A stretch of 64,000 nucleotides of DNA, taken from IMG/VR virus record IMGVR_UViG_3300028840_004217, positions 28,050 to 92,049 of that record. The stretch is one strand, 5' to 3'. This stretch comes from a virus. A program made the position numbers and the translations under genes. Shown piece after piece: positions 18,628-29,360 of this stretch (the first letter of the stretch is position 1; each line of letters begins with the position of its first letter). A model generated the notes under the pieces. It worked only from the letters and a program-made list of their open reading frames with translations, was not told the origin of the DNA and did no database searches.

Positions 18628-21600
18628 CTACCTTCCGTCCTCCCCCTCCTCGAACTTGCGCGACTTCACGATCTCAGCGATGGCCCGTTCATCCGCCTTG
18701 GACCGCCACGCCAGATAGGTCTGCTCGTCCGACAGGTGTTCCCGCAGTTGCTTGATGGCGCTGGCCTGGCCCTCCCGTATGTTGCGCGCCTCCTTGCTCT
18801 CGGCAGACCGCACCATCCGCTTGTATTGCTCCTCCAGCTCGGACAGATACCGCATGAAATGATTCCAGCTCGCGTAATAGTGCATCAGTGTTTTCCTCCC
18901 GTCAGCCGGTCCCACTGTCTGTGGAACGCGGGTTCCCAACGCTTCTTGGTCATGACCGTGAATACGAGCAGCACCGCCAGGGCCGACAGCTTCAGCGGAT
19001 GCGTCTGGTAGGCGGGGAAGCCGTAGTAGGCCGACGCCCCGCACATGGCCCCTATGATTATACACTTGATGAAGTACAACATCAAAGCCTCCGTATGTGG
19101 GACATGGCGTTCTCGACCGTCAGGATGGTGAAATCCTGGAGGCCGCTGTGCTTGCACATGTCTATGATCTGATCGTCCGGTACACCGGCGGTCATCATCT
19201 CCTCGACGGCCTCCAGCAGACCGGGCATGTTGTTCTGCAAGGTCTCATAGCTGATCCGCTCGACCTGCTCGGTCAGCGTGGGGTTCAGGATGGGCTCCGT
19301 CATGACGCCTCCTCTTTGAGGGGTACCAGGTGCGGGTAGTGCGTGATCAGGTGGCGCAGCAAGCCCTCGGCCTCCTCGCGGCTCAGCCGGTTGATCTTGA
19401 GGGCCACGTCGGTCGCCGTCCGCTTCTCGAACATGAACGTATTGGCCAGGTTGTACGCGCCCTCTATGTCCTCCAGCCAGGCCATGTAGTCCTGGTGCTC
19501 GGCGTGCTGTTGCTCGAAGGCCCGCTCGGACGCCTTCTCATTCTCCCAATGTTCGAGGATGACGTCCGCGAATCGGTCGGCCGTCTGCGCCAGCGACTCC
19601 TTCTTGCGTTCCCGGTACTGCTTGCGACTGCCGTAGTTGCCTATGGTCAGGTGGGCCGTGTTCTCATATTGGGTGCGCCAGCCCGTGCCCCGGTTGATCG
19701 GCTTGAACTCGGTCCACACCAACGTGCCGTCGATGCGGTCGACGCGGAGGGGGCTGCGCTCCACCTCATGGCCGTGTGCCTGGAGGACGTGAACCACCAT
19801 GTCGACCACGCCCTTGACATAGGACCGTGCGGCGGCGTTGTTCGCGTCGCGTTCCTTCTGATCATAGATTGTCATGATGCTCTCCTCGTGCTTGGTTGTG
19901 CTATGCCGACGGTTCTTTCGAGCCGCCCCCGTTGTTTCGGGCGGGCCGCTGATCGCGGCCCCGCACACTCACACAGCTACGGATGCTCGTCGCCGGTTTC
20001 GGGTTCCGGTTCCTCTATCTCACCGACTTTGACTTCCACCGGCAGTTCGGGCGGGTTTTCGACGTCGTACTTGGCCTCAAGAAACCGGGCCAACTCGATG
20101 GCGGTGTTCACGAGGGCCATATACTTCTCGGCCTCATCGATGCTGCGTGAGCCTTGCGCCGACCAGTTGACGGCGGCGGTCCGCATCGGCTGGCCGTAGC
20201 GAATTTCACCGGGCCGGTTGACGGTGACGCGGTTAGTCCGATCATCTGTGTTCTCGATGTCGATGTGGCTGTCATACACCCGCATCGTCACGTTGTTGTC
20301 GGCGTCCTCTACGAGATGCTTGGCGAACTCATCGATGCGGTTCACCTGATTAAGATATTCAAACACCGTGGACAGTGAATCGGAGGTGTTGAAGTATTCC
20401 TCTGGTCCGACCTCTTCGTCGGTGCGGTAGGTGCTGCGGATTCTGAAACGTAACATGATTTGGTTCTCCTTGTGTCTGCTGCGTTGATTAAAGGGCTCTG
20501 AGCGTGTCGATGAAAACTTTGTGAAACAGCGGATAATTCTGGCCGGGCCGCAGTTCGTCAGCGTTGAACTCTTTCCACTTGGCTATGGCCACCTGCTTGT
20601 CGTCTGTGAAATAATAGTCGTTCCAGGCTTTGTTGTACACCGCGTACTCGGTGGTTTCTGTTTCCCGGTTGTGTGACTCGGGGCTGTAGTGAATCGTGAG
20701 TTCCTGGCGTGTCATCTGTCTGCTCCTTGTGTCGTGTGGTTTCCTCTTTGTTCTATATACAATATAACATATATTGATTACTTTGTCAAGAGGGCAAGGG
20801 CATTTTTTTTCATTTTTTTACGATTTTTTTTCAGGCAGGAAAGTGCTTTCGCACCAGGTGGGAAAATGCGTTCGCAGTCGGCGGGGGCAGTGCGAAGGCA
20901 CATCAGAGGCGCGTGCGAAGGCGCTAAAACAGGCTGGTCTGCTCGGCGTCCTTGTCCTCCGGTATGTCCTCGCTCTCGAAGGTCAGCAGGGCGCGGTGAT
21001 CCTCGCCCTCGATGATGATGTAGTCGTCCGACCACAGACACCGCCACTTGCCGTCTTTGAAATGATAGTGGCCGAGCCAGGAAAAGTCATTTTTCTGATA
21101 TTTCTTCTTGGGCGGCGCGTCGGCGTCGATGCAGGTGATGTGTATGTGGGGCGGGCTTTCGGGCGGCTCCACATAGTACCACTCGAAGGAGCCGTCCGGC
21201 AACTCACGCCGTCGGTGCGCGTTGATGATGTCATGGTATCGCGGGCAGGTACAGTCGGCCTTGATCTCACGTACCTTGTAAGGCCCGGTGTCATAGGACG
21301 TTCGTATGATACTGCCCACCTTCAGTTCGGGCATCAGTCATTCTCCAGGTGATCGCGGGGCAACAGACTGTTCTTCTTGATGACCTCGCTCAACTTGACC
21401 ATGCGCCACTTCGGTGGCACGTCGTACTCATCGGGACACACCTCTTTGCACTTGGCCACCGGCTGTCCGTTCGGAAAACCGAATGAACGGCAGTTCGGGC
21501 AGTCGTATATCTCACCCCAGTGATTCGTGCCGGTCTCGAATTCGTGGCCGCAGTTCTGACACTCATAGGGCTTGATGCTGTACTTTCCGGTCGTGGGTTT

Positions 21601-21857
21601 GCTCACGGTTACACCTCCCAATGACAGGCATACTTCGCCAGGAAAACGGCATAGGGCCGGTATAGGGTGGTCGCCAGTGTCCGCAGGGTACCCTTGGGTC
21701 CTGGCGCCACGCGGAACACGTTCCAGTTTCTGACGACCTGCGGAGAGCCTTTGGCCTGCTGCGCCACGTACGTGATGCGCCGTCCAGGGTACTGAAACTC
21801 GACGTATTTGCCCCCGGCGTTCTCGCCGGTTCGTTTGATCAGCTTCACCTTTGCCAC
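18628..21857 (-). CDS. Run of small early hypothetical genes (18628-18885, 18885-19082, 19082-19303, 19300-19875, 19977-20456, 20488-20715, 20924-21334, ~21334-21609, 21609-21857)
   Basis: Abutting or overlapping minus-strand ORFs with SD sequences; no family recognised. Confidence 0.6.
20761..20789 (-). promoter_or_regulatory. Early sigma70-type promoter
   Basis: TTGACA-17-TATATT with extended TG, preceded by an A-rich UP tract. Confidence 0.85.
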
Positions 21858-22618
21858 AGGTTGCTCCTCTCGATTTCGTCCTCACACGGATGGCCGGGGA
21901 ACAGGTTCAATCCGGTCAGACGCTCCACCGTGTTAATGGTCACGCGGTACGCCGACAGATCATCGAACACATTGCCGGGCGGCTTCTGCGGTATCACATA
22001 GGCCAGGCGTTCCAGCGTCTCAGGGTCGAAGACCACCTTGAAAAAGGCCACCGGAACCCGCACCCTGTTCTTACCTATCCGAATGACAGAACTGCCGCCG
22101 ATATGCACCGGACCGGTCACGACGTGTATCGTGTCGCGGTTCACCGCCGCCTGACGCACCCGCCCCTCCAGGACGCGCCAGATGCCCCGGTTGAACTTGG
22201 GCAGTTGCGGGCTGGCGTTGGACATCAGATACCCCTGCTTCATCACGACCTCGGACCACCGCAGGTCGGCGGCGGGCACCAGGTGGCCCCTGTCGAATCC
22301 CGTGTTGCGGTAGTCGTCCGGATGTGCGGAGCCGGTCCAGATGCGCGGGTCGAACCGGAACCGCCCCTTGCGTTCCTCTGTGCCGGCGACCTCCTCGGCC
22401 GTCAGCTCGTAGACCACCCAGGCCGCTTGCTCGTTGCCCTCGTCATAGGCCAGGACGAAACCCTCATAGGTCACGACCTGGAACGTGCCGCCGTCGGGCT
22501 GGTACGCGCCGTCCTGCGGATGGGCCGGATAGGTCCAGAGAAACAGTATCGTGCCGACCAGTATGATCGCGTATATGATGAACAGGCCGGTCAGCCTGCG
22601 CCTACTCTGTGGGTGCAT
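21845..22618 (-). CDS. DNA/RNA non-specific endonuclease (NucA/Serratia family) with N-terminal signal/anchor
   Basis: FDRGHLVP active site, MSNASPQ..FNRGIW..LE, VPVAFFKV; hydrophobic N-terminus. Confidence 0.92.
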   Translation of the reverse strand: MHPQSRRRLTGLFIIYAIILVGTILFLWTYPAHPQDGAYQPDGGTFQVVTYEGFVLAYDEGNEQAAWVVYELTAEEVAGTEERKGRFRFDPRIWTGSAHPDDYRNTGFDRGHLVPAADLRWSEVVMKQGYLMSNASPQLPKFNRGIWRVLEGRVRQAAVNRDTIHVVTGPVHIGGSSVIRIGKNRVRVPVAFFKVVFDPETLERLAYVIPQKPPGNVFDDLSAYRVTINTVERLTGLNLFPGHPCEDEIERSNLWQR

Positions 22619-23930
22619 CAGCTTCCTCCTTGGGGTGAAAGGCGGCGTATTTCTCGTCGTACATCTCGTCGCCTATGATGTACACGCCCCACGGGTTCCA
22701 CAGTACGTACTGCGGCAACTCCTTCTCCGTGGGTGCGTGGGACGCCGTGGCATACCTGTCGAACTGCTGGAACATGTCGGTGTCGTCCTCCAGCCGCCAC
22801 TCGCCCCGCGTGTATTTCGTGCCGGGCGTCCACAGCCTGTGGGCTTTGGGCGTACCCGTCACCTGAAGGTCCACCTGAACGATCCGGTCACCGGCGCGAC
22901 GGTAGAACTCTACGGTCGACTTGTGGCCGTAGTCCAGGCGGTAGATGAACGGCTCGATCTGCTGAACGAACTTCTCGCGCCAGTGCTTTTTCTTCATGCC
23001 CGTGATCGGCACGAAGGAGAGGAACGTGCCCCGCACCCTGACCATCGGGATCGGGTCGCTTTCGTGGACGATCGCCTTGGCCTCCTCGGGATCGTGCACC
23101 TGGAATTGTACGGTGGCGTCAGCGTGGCTGGTGTGCATGAACCCCGACGGGATGTTGGCGTCCGCGAGGTCGGGCATCGCCGCTTTCAGTTCCTCGATCA
23201 ACGCCAGGGCCGCGACGAACTTCTCACGGTCCCTGGCCTGCCGTCTGTCGAACTCCTCGATTGTCGTGATGGTCATGTGGCCTCCTCAGGAAAGCATCAG
23301 CTTCGTGCCGTGGGCGTACCGGGCGATGTCGATGATGCCCGGCGCGAACTGTACGAGGTCACCGTCGTCGGTCGTCCAGATGACCCCCTTGTAATCCTCT
23401 GTGAACGTCGGAAACAGCGTGCCCTTCTCTATGCGTTGAAGGGCGTCACCCAGGTTGTTGATCGTGACGGTCGCCATGTCGTACTCTCCTTGTGTTTAGT
23501 ACACCGTGATTTTGACGGTCGGGGCTTTGACTTTCGCCAGCCTGCTCGTCGTGACTGCCGGTACGGGTGACGTGCCGAACACGTAGGCGCAGCCACCGTC
23601 GATGAACACGTTGTTGATGACGCCCGCGTCACCCTCGAAGATCCGCTTGGCCACGTCGTACATCGCGTGGGCTATGCGGCGTGCCCGGCGCAGGTCGCGG
23701 AACGTCAGCTTCATCGTGACCCGGTGCTGGTGCTCTGCCGTGGGCGGTGTGTGACGCAGGTGCTCTACGCGGTCCTTCTCGAAATCCTGAACCGTGACCA
23801 CCGCTGTGGGATCCTCGGACCAGATTTCGTCGGCGAACTCGCGGACGGCTTTCATGCTGTTGTGAAGCTGGCCTGCTTCGATCTGGCGTGTGCCTGATGT
23901 GTAAGTCGTTGTCGTTTCGTACCGGGCCAT
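22602..23930 (-). CDS. Three hypothetical early genes (22602-23276, 23286-23477, 23496-23930)
   Basis: Consecutive ORFs with SD sequences downstream of the 23975-24003 promoter. Confidence 0.6.
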
Positions 23931-23974
23931 GATGCTCTCCTTGTGAGTGGTCGCTTTCCTCTCTGTCTATATAC

Positions 23975-24003
23975 AATATAACATATCTATGTTACTTTGT
24001 CAA
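23975..24003 (-). promoter_or_regulatory. Early sigma70-type promoter
   Basis: TTGACA-17-TATATT; near copy of the 20761 promoter, including flanks. Confidence 0.85.
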
Positions 24004-24055
24004 GAGGGCGACAGAAGTTTTTTGCATTTTTTTCAAACTTTTCTCACAAAGGGAA

Positions 24056-24079
24056 GCGGGGGCCGGGAGTGGCCCCCGC
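24056..24079 (-). terminator. GC-rich hairpin, probable terminator
   Basis: GCGGGGGCC-N6-GGCCCCCGC just after the stop at 24083, followed by TTCCCTTT on the minus strand. Confidence 0.5.
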
Positions 24080-24082
24080 AGG

Positions 24083-24520
24083 TCACGCTGTCTCGGCGAA
24101 TCCGACCTGGATGCTGGTGTGCACCCTGTGGCGTCCTCTGCGGACGATTTCGGATGTGACCAGGCCGTGACGTATCAGAACGCGGAGCGTCTTGTAGGGG
24201 CGTGACCCTTCCACCACGTCGGGCTGCACGCCTTCTTGTATGCGGTTCATCATCTCATGTTGCGTGATCGAGAGCTGGACGCCCCGCCGCTGTCGCGGCT
24301 TGGTTTTCCACGGCTGACTCTTGCGGTTCCAGTCGCTGCGGAACAGGGGGTTGCCCTTAACCGGCATCTTGAAATTGCGCACGTCCTCCTCGTTGAAATA
24401 ATAGTCGTGCCTGTCGCCGCCGACCTGCGGTTTGAGCCACCCCTTCTTCACGTACCGGGCGATGGTCGCGGGCGTCCTATGTAGTATCTGGCACGCCTGT
24501 CGTGTCGTTATCAGCTTCAT
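24083..24520 (-). CDS. MerR-like/excisionase-type HTH DNA-binding protein
   Basis: LITTRQACQIL...TIARYVKKGWL...YYFNEEDV. Confidence 0.7.
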   Translation of the reverse strand: MKLITTRQACQILHRTPATIARYVKKGWLKPQVGGDRHDYYFNEEDVRNFKMPVKGNPLFRSDWNRKSQPWKTKPRQRRGVQLSITQHEMMNRIQEGVQPDVVEGSRPYKTLRVLIRHGLVTSEIVRRGRHRVHTSIQVGFAETA

Positions 24521-25008
24521 GTTGATGTCCTCTCATCTTGATGGCGCTCTGGCACGCCTGCAATGCTTCGATCAGGTGGGCCAGCATATCCGTCGGAACG
24601 GCTCCTGCCATGTTGAGCGGCCACAGCGTCACCGACGCCGACGGAGCCGTGGTGATGTCCGTCTGTGCCGGCTGCATGATGTGTACCGTGACGGATGCCG
24701 GTGATGTGCCGTGGGCGTCCACGCGGATCGTGGTGTCCCGCCCGTCCTGTAGCGCCTTGGTCACTGTGATGACGTTTTTCATATCTGCGGACCTCCGTAA
24801 AATGATAAATCTGTCTTACTTTGTCAAGCGGTTCTTGGCGGCTCGTCCTCTGTGATCTCCTCGAATTGGGCGTGGCTGATGTGCTCGAAAGCATCATAGA
24901 GGTTCAGCAACGCCTGTTCCTCGTCCTCCCCCTCGACGATCGTGCGGCACCAGTGTATCACGCCGAGCGCACCGCGTGACCGCCCGTAGAAACCGGCCCT
25001 GTATCGTT

Positions 25009-25326
25009 TCATATATCACCGTCCCAACCGTTGTCGATGGCCTCCCGCCTGTACTGGTTGAACAGGGGCATGCAGCACCCTGCGCCTATGTCAAGTTGGC
25101 CCGCGTCGACGAGGCCGTCATCGACCAGGCCGCAACTGTAGAACCCCGGCCTGTCACCCCGCAGGAATGAACACGGGCCACCGCCGACAGGAGCCGGTTC
25201 ACCGTGACGCATACCGACCACGCAGACGGCCGTCTTGCAGCAGAGGCCGGAGCGCACACACGGGCGCCAGCGCGGTTCGTCGTCCGGGTTCAGTCGCTCC
25301 AGCTCCTCTATCATTCGGTCCTCCAC
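25009..25326 (-). CDS. Cys-cluster (YkgJ-like) protein
   Basis: CVRSGLCC...C...CSFL...YSC pattern. Confidence 0.5.
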   Translation of the reverse strand: MEDRMIEELERLNPDDEPRWRPCVRSGLCCKTAVCVVGMRHGEPAPVGGGPCSFLRGDRPGFYSCGLVDDGLVDAGQLDIGAGCCMPLFNQYRREAIDNGWDGDI

Positions 25327-25971
25327 CTCTGTAACACGGCGTATGTGTACTCGTCAAAATCACCGTCGCCGTGGGTGACGCGGTACGTGATCATCGGGGG
25401 CACGATCTCGAACCCGTGCTTGCCCAAGTCCTTCACCTCCGTCATGTCCACGAACTCGCGCCACCTCTCTTTGTCATCGACCACATTGCCCTCATTCGAC
25501 ACCCAGGTCAGTTTGCCGAAGATGTCGATGCGGACCATGGCCGTCTCGCGGCGGATGCGACCTTCCGATGTGAACTGCACTTCATGATGCTGCATCAGCT
25601 GACCTCCGTGATGCGCGGGATCGCGGCCCAAAGCTGCTGGCATATACGGTCGAACTGCGCGTGGCTTTTGATCTCGTACATACCCGCATTAAATGCGGTC
25701 TGATAGGTCTGGACGCCGGTTTCACCCGTCATGATGTTCAGCAGGTGGCGCAACAGATACGCCTCCTCGTCGTTCATGTGCAGCGTGACCTCTCCGCGTG
25801 CCATGTCATTCCTCCTTGTGTGAAAATACGAATCGCTTGATCTGATGCGGATATATACCGTACTCCTTGCAGTATTCGTACAGCGCGGCTTCCACGCTGG
25901 ACGTGTCCGGATCGGTACCCACCGGCACGTCATGCTCGTCGCCGTCTTTGAGCGTCAGACGGTAGATGAAC

Positions 25972-26187
25972 TCAGGCATCTGTCACCACCTCGAACTGAT
26001 CGGGCGGGCAGACCAGCGGCAGGCTGTACGGTCCGTCCCAATCGACCCACACCTGGTTGAACTTGTCGTCACGGGCCAGCTCGACCGGCGTCACCTCCGT
26101 CACCGTACCCAACGTGCCGGGCGGCACCGGCGTCGGGTCATCGACCATCGTGATCAGCTTGATACGCGTTCCTCTTTTCAACTTCAT
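25972..26187 (-). CDS. DUF4314-like protein
   Basis: GTRIKLITMVDDP.PVPPGTLGTV...VDWD..SLPL...DQF. Confidence 0.7.
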   Translation of the reverse strand: MKLKRGTRIKLITMVDDPTPVPPGTLGTVTEVTPVELARDDKFNQVWVDWDGPYSLPLVCPPDQFEVVTDA

Positions 26188-26605
26188 TTCGATACCCCCT
26201 CCTCTTTGGCTCGATTCCGCTGTATCCAGCTCACGCAGTTGCCGTGTGCCCTGCGGGAATTCGACCAGTACTTCTCCAGACCGGTGGCCGTTTCTATGAC
26301 GGCCCACCCGTCACGGCGTCCGCGTATTTCATAGCGGCGACGCGGACCCCCTCCTGTGCGCTCGATCTTCGGAACCGGGTACCGTCGCTCGAAATGCGGC
26401 CTGCCGCAGAACGACTCCCACTGACCACTCTTGGTCACGTTGGGGTGTACCGACAGCCCGCTCCGGACGGGAACGTGAGCCCCGCAGATCCTGCACCGCA
26501 CCGCGATCTTGTTCGGGAAACAGGGCGGTGCGCCGATGTACTTGACGTCCTCACTCATGGTCATTCGCTCCTTGTGTCTGGTTGCGACGTCATCTATCTT
26601 GTAAC

Positions 26606-26634
26606 AATATAATATCTATTGTTTATTTTGTCAA
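26606..26634 (-). promoter_or_regulatory. Early sigma70-type promoter
   Basis: TTGACA-17-TATATT. Confidence 0.8.
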
Positions 26635-26728
26635 GAGGTTTTTAGTGAGGACAGCGGCCCGCCCGAGGACGAACGGGCCGCCCCACCGGAACGTGGTGTA
26701 CGAGGCCGAGCGTACGAGTGTCCGGTGG

Positions 26729-27181
26729 TCATTCTTTGGGGTGCAGGAGCTGTCGGAATCTGTCGTAGGGAACCTTGATCGTGTACCGGCCCACCACGCC
26801 GTTCTCATAGTATTCGATCACGGTGTGGTCCGCGCTGTTCGACGCCTTGTGACCGCGTATCAACAACAGGTCATACCGGCGCGGTGCGTAGTGCTCCACG
26901 TTGTCCACGATCAGACCGAGTGTACGGGCCCACAGAATCCGGTGGCCGGTGCTGTCGGCGTACACGGCGACGGTGAGGGCATCATTGAGCTGTTCGTAGA
27001 TCAGGACGGCCTCCTCCACCGACAGGTACAGCATCGAGTTGTCGGCACGCTGAACCGTGATCTTGTCTGCCCGTTCGACGGCCTGGAGGCGGGCGATCTC
27101 CGAGAAGAAAACCCACTGTATGCCGATGATGAAGATCACCACGCCGATGAACAGCAGCTTCAATTTATTCTTGCGCGTCAT
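26729..27181 (-). CDS. Membrane-anchored hypothetical protein
   Basis: Basic N-terminus followed by one TM segment. Confidence 0.55.
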   Translation of the reverse strand: MTRKNKLKLLFIGVVIFIIGIQWVFFSEIARLQAVERADKITVQRADNSMLYLSVEEAVLIYEQLNDALTVAVYADSTGHRILWARTLGLIVDNVEHYAPRRYDLLLIRGHKASNSADHTVIEYYENGVVGRYTIKVPYDRFRQLLHPKE

Positions 27182-27445
27182 CGTTTTCCTTCTCTACCGC
27201 CGCCATCGCCTCCGAGTAATCCCCGCCGTTCGGGAGGGCACTCAGGTCGAGGCGGCGTTTGATCTGGTCGAGGTAGTTGCCCACCAGACGCATCGCGCCG
27301 AAGTGTTCGGGGATGAAGTCGGACGCGTTGATGTTCTCGTGGTTCATCACGCACATGGCCATCTGGAGTCCGTTGTAGAACCCGTGGGACCAGTCGGGGT
27401 TTTTGAATTGCTTTTTGAGTACCGCTTCAAATTGCTCTGCATCAG

Positions 27446-28060
27446 TCAAAACGAAGCCTCCGTGAAAAGCGTATACGTGAACGTGGTCCCGTGGCCGTGC
27501 TCGACCTGTCGCTGCGCCAGGCTGATGATCAGGTCGAACACGTCGGGGTCGGGAATCACCTGGCAGGCCGCAGACCACTTGCCGATCCTGACGGACCGCC
27601 GCAGTTCGGATGCCCGGTGTATATTGGCACCGATCACCGCCTTGTCCCACTCATGCATGTCGATATAGGAAACCTCCCCGGCATCAAGTCTCTGCCAGAA
27701 GTCGGGCTGCACACGCCAGAACTCTATCGGCGCGGCCTGCGTCAATGCCCGGTACTTGCCTCTGTGAAAACCGAGCTGGTACGCCGACCGATACTGGCCT
27801 GGCCGCATGATGGCCGTTCCACGCACGTTGAGGGGGTTCTGACGGTAGTACACGCCGGGGTCCGTAGTGCAGGGTGTCTGAATCATATTCCAGTCACCTG
27901 CGGCCTTCCAGACCACAAAAAACAGATCGTTGAACGTATCGGCCGTCAGGTCATTCGACCGGATGCCGCCGATGTTCAGATCGTAGTCGTCGCCCTCGAA
28001 AAAGGCATACATGGCGTTCTGGTATGCGGCCCGTATCTCGTCAAACGTCACCAGGTGCAT
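27446..28060 (-). CDS. Putative peptidoglycan-active enzyme/endolysin (L,D-transpeptidase-like His/Cys motif)
   Basis: LNIGGIR, FND, TTDPG, GANIH and WSAACQV motifs typical of a phage lysin-like family. Confidence 0.55.
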   Translation of the reverse strand: MHLVTFDEIRAAYQNAMYAFFEGDDYDLNIGGIRSNDLTADTFNDLFFVVWKAAGDWNMIQTPCTTDPGVYYRQNPLNVRGTAIMRPGQYRSAYQLGFHRGKYRALTQAAPIEFWRVQPDFWQRLDAGEVSYIDMHEWDKAVIGANIHRASELRRSVRIGKWSAACQVIPDPDVFDLIISLAQRQVEHGHGTTFTYTLFTEASF

Positions 28061-28217
28061 CAGCCAGCTCCTTTCGTGGTGTCTGCCGGTGCGCTGGTCG
28101 TGTCGGGCGGCGCAGGTGCGGGTTTCGGCTTTTCAGCCCAAAACATGCCCTCGATCGTCTTGCAGCACCCCGGCTCGTTCTGCTTGTTGTAGCTGCCCCG
28201 CTTTATGATGATGAATT

Positions 28218-29174
28218 TCATAGGACGTTCCTTTCCACTCTGTCGGCCCGCGCCTCGTCGTCGGGATCGGGTTTCAGGCCGAGTTCTATGAACCAGTCGC
28301 AGGTGGACCCGCTGTGCTCCGTCAGGAACCGGGCCACCGCCTCCAGCTTGCGGGCCTCATGCTCGAACGTCACGCGTGCCCGTTCCAGGTGCTCCTCGTT
28401 GTGCTTGACGTCGGACGCGCAACCGGCCACCTTGTCCTTCTGCTGGTAGGCCGCCTCCTGCATGACCAGGATGACGTTCTCCTCCACCAGAGCCAGCCCC
28501 GTGATCTCGTCCTTCGGATCCTCCGCCTGTTGAGACACGACGGCCACCTCACCCGTACCCGAACACACTGAGCAGTGTACGTCACCGCCGCCGATGATAC
28601 CCGTCCCCCCGCACTCCGGACACTCCGTTGTTTTCATGATGGGCACTTCTCCTTTCCCTTGACATTGACAACACTCGTCGGCGCCCGTACCGTCACAGGC
28701 CGGGCATTTGATGAACTCCAGGATGCTGGCCACGCCCTTCGAGCTGGCCCACGGTATCACGCCGCGCCCGCCGCACCAGGTACAGGCCGTCTGCCCGACC
28801 TTCCCGCCTTCATGCCCGCAGGCGGGACACGGGATGGTCTGTCCGCAGCCGTTGCAGACGTAACACCTTTCGTCCGGCTCCTCCTCATCGGTACTCCCCT
28901 TCAGTATGCCCTCACCCCGGCATTTGTAGCACGCCGTCGTCTTGCCGGGATCGAGGACGACGGGTACGCACCCCAGGCCGCGACAGAACGGACACAGGGT
29001 ATCCAGGGGCGTGGCTTTCGTCGTGCGGCCCATGCCCTCACACGGCGTACAGAAAACCAGCCCGCCCTTGCCCCCGCATTTGTAGCAGACCTGCGGCGCG
29101 CCGTCGTCATCGACCTGGCCCGTACCGTCACAGTTATTGCAGACCTCGGGTATAGGCAACGTACTGCTGCACAT
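28218..29174 (-). CDS. DnaJ-type zinc-finger repeat protein (no J domain)
   Basis: 12 CxxCxGxG-like repeats followed by a coiled-coil C-terminus. Confidence 0.75.
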   Translation of the reverse strand: MCSSTLPIPEVCNNCDGTGQVDDDGAPQVCYKCGGKGGLVFCTPCEGMGRTTKATPLDTLCPFCRGLGCVPVVLDPGKTTACYKCRGEGILKGSTDEEEPDERCYVCNGCGQTIPCPACGHEGGKVGQTACTWCGGRGVIPWASSKGVASILEFIKCPACDGTGADECCQCQGKGEVPIMKTTECPECGGTGIIGGGDVHCSVCSGTGEVAVVSQQAEDPKDEITGLALVEENVILVMQEAAYQQKDKVAGCASDVKHNEEHLERARVTFEHEARKLEAVARFLTEHSGSTCDWFIELGLKPDPDDEARADRVERNVL

Positions 29175-29360
29175 AGGACCTCCTTTTCTGTGGGAACCCG
29201 TAAAACCCGCACACGATGATGAAGCTGATGCAGTCGAGGTTGGACGGAAAGCCGTACCAGGTGAACGGCATCAACGGCCTGATGAGAGGTTCGATACTGA
29301 TGGTCACGCTGAATATGACTATCCCCAACCAGAGCAGCTTGAACAATCCGAATACCTTAC

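Noticed and set aside
24799-24827. Additional early promoter
   Set aside because: TTGACAAAGTAA matches the family, but there is no good -10 at 17-nt spacing; left uncalled.
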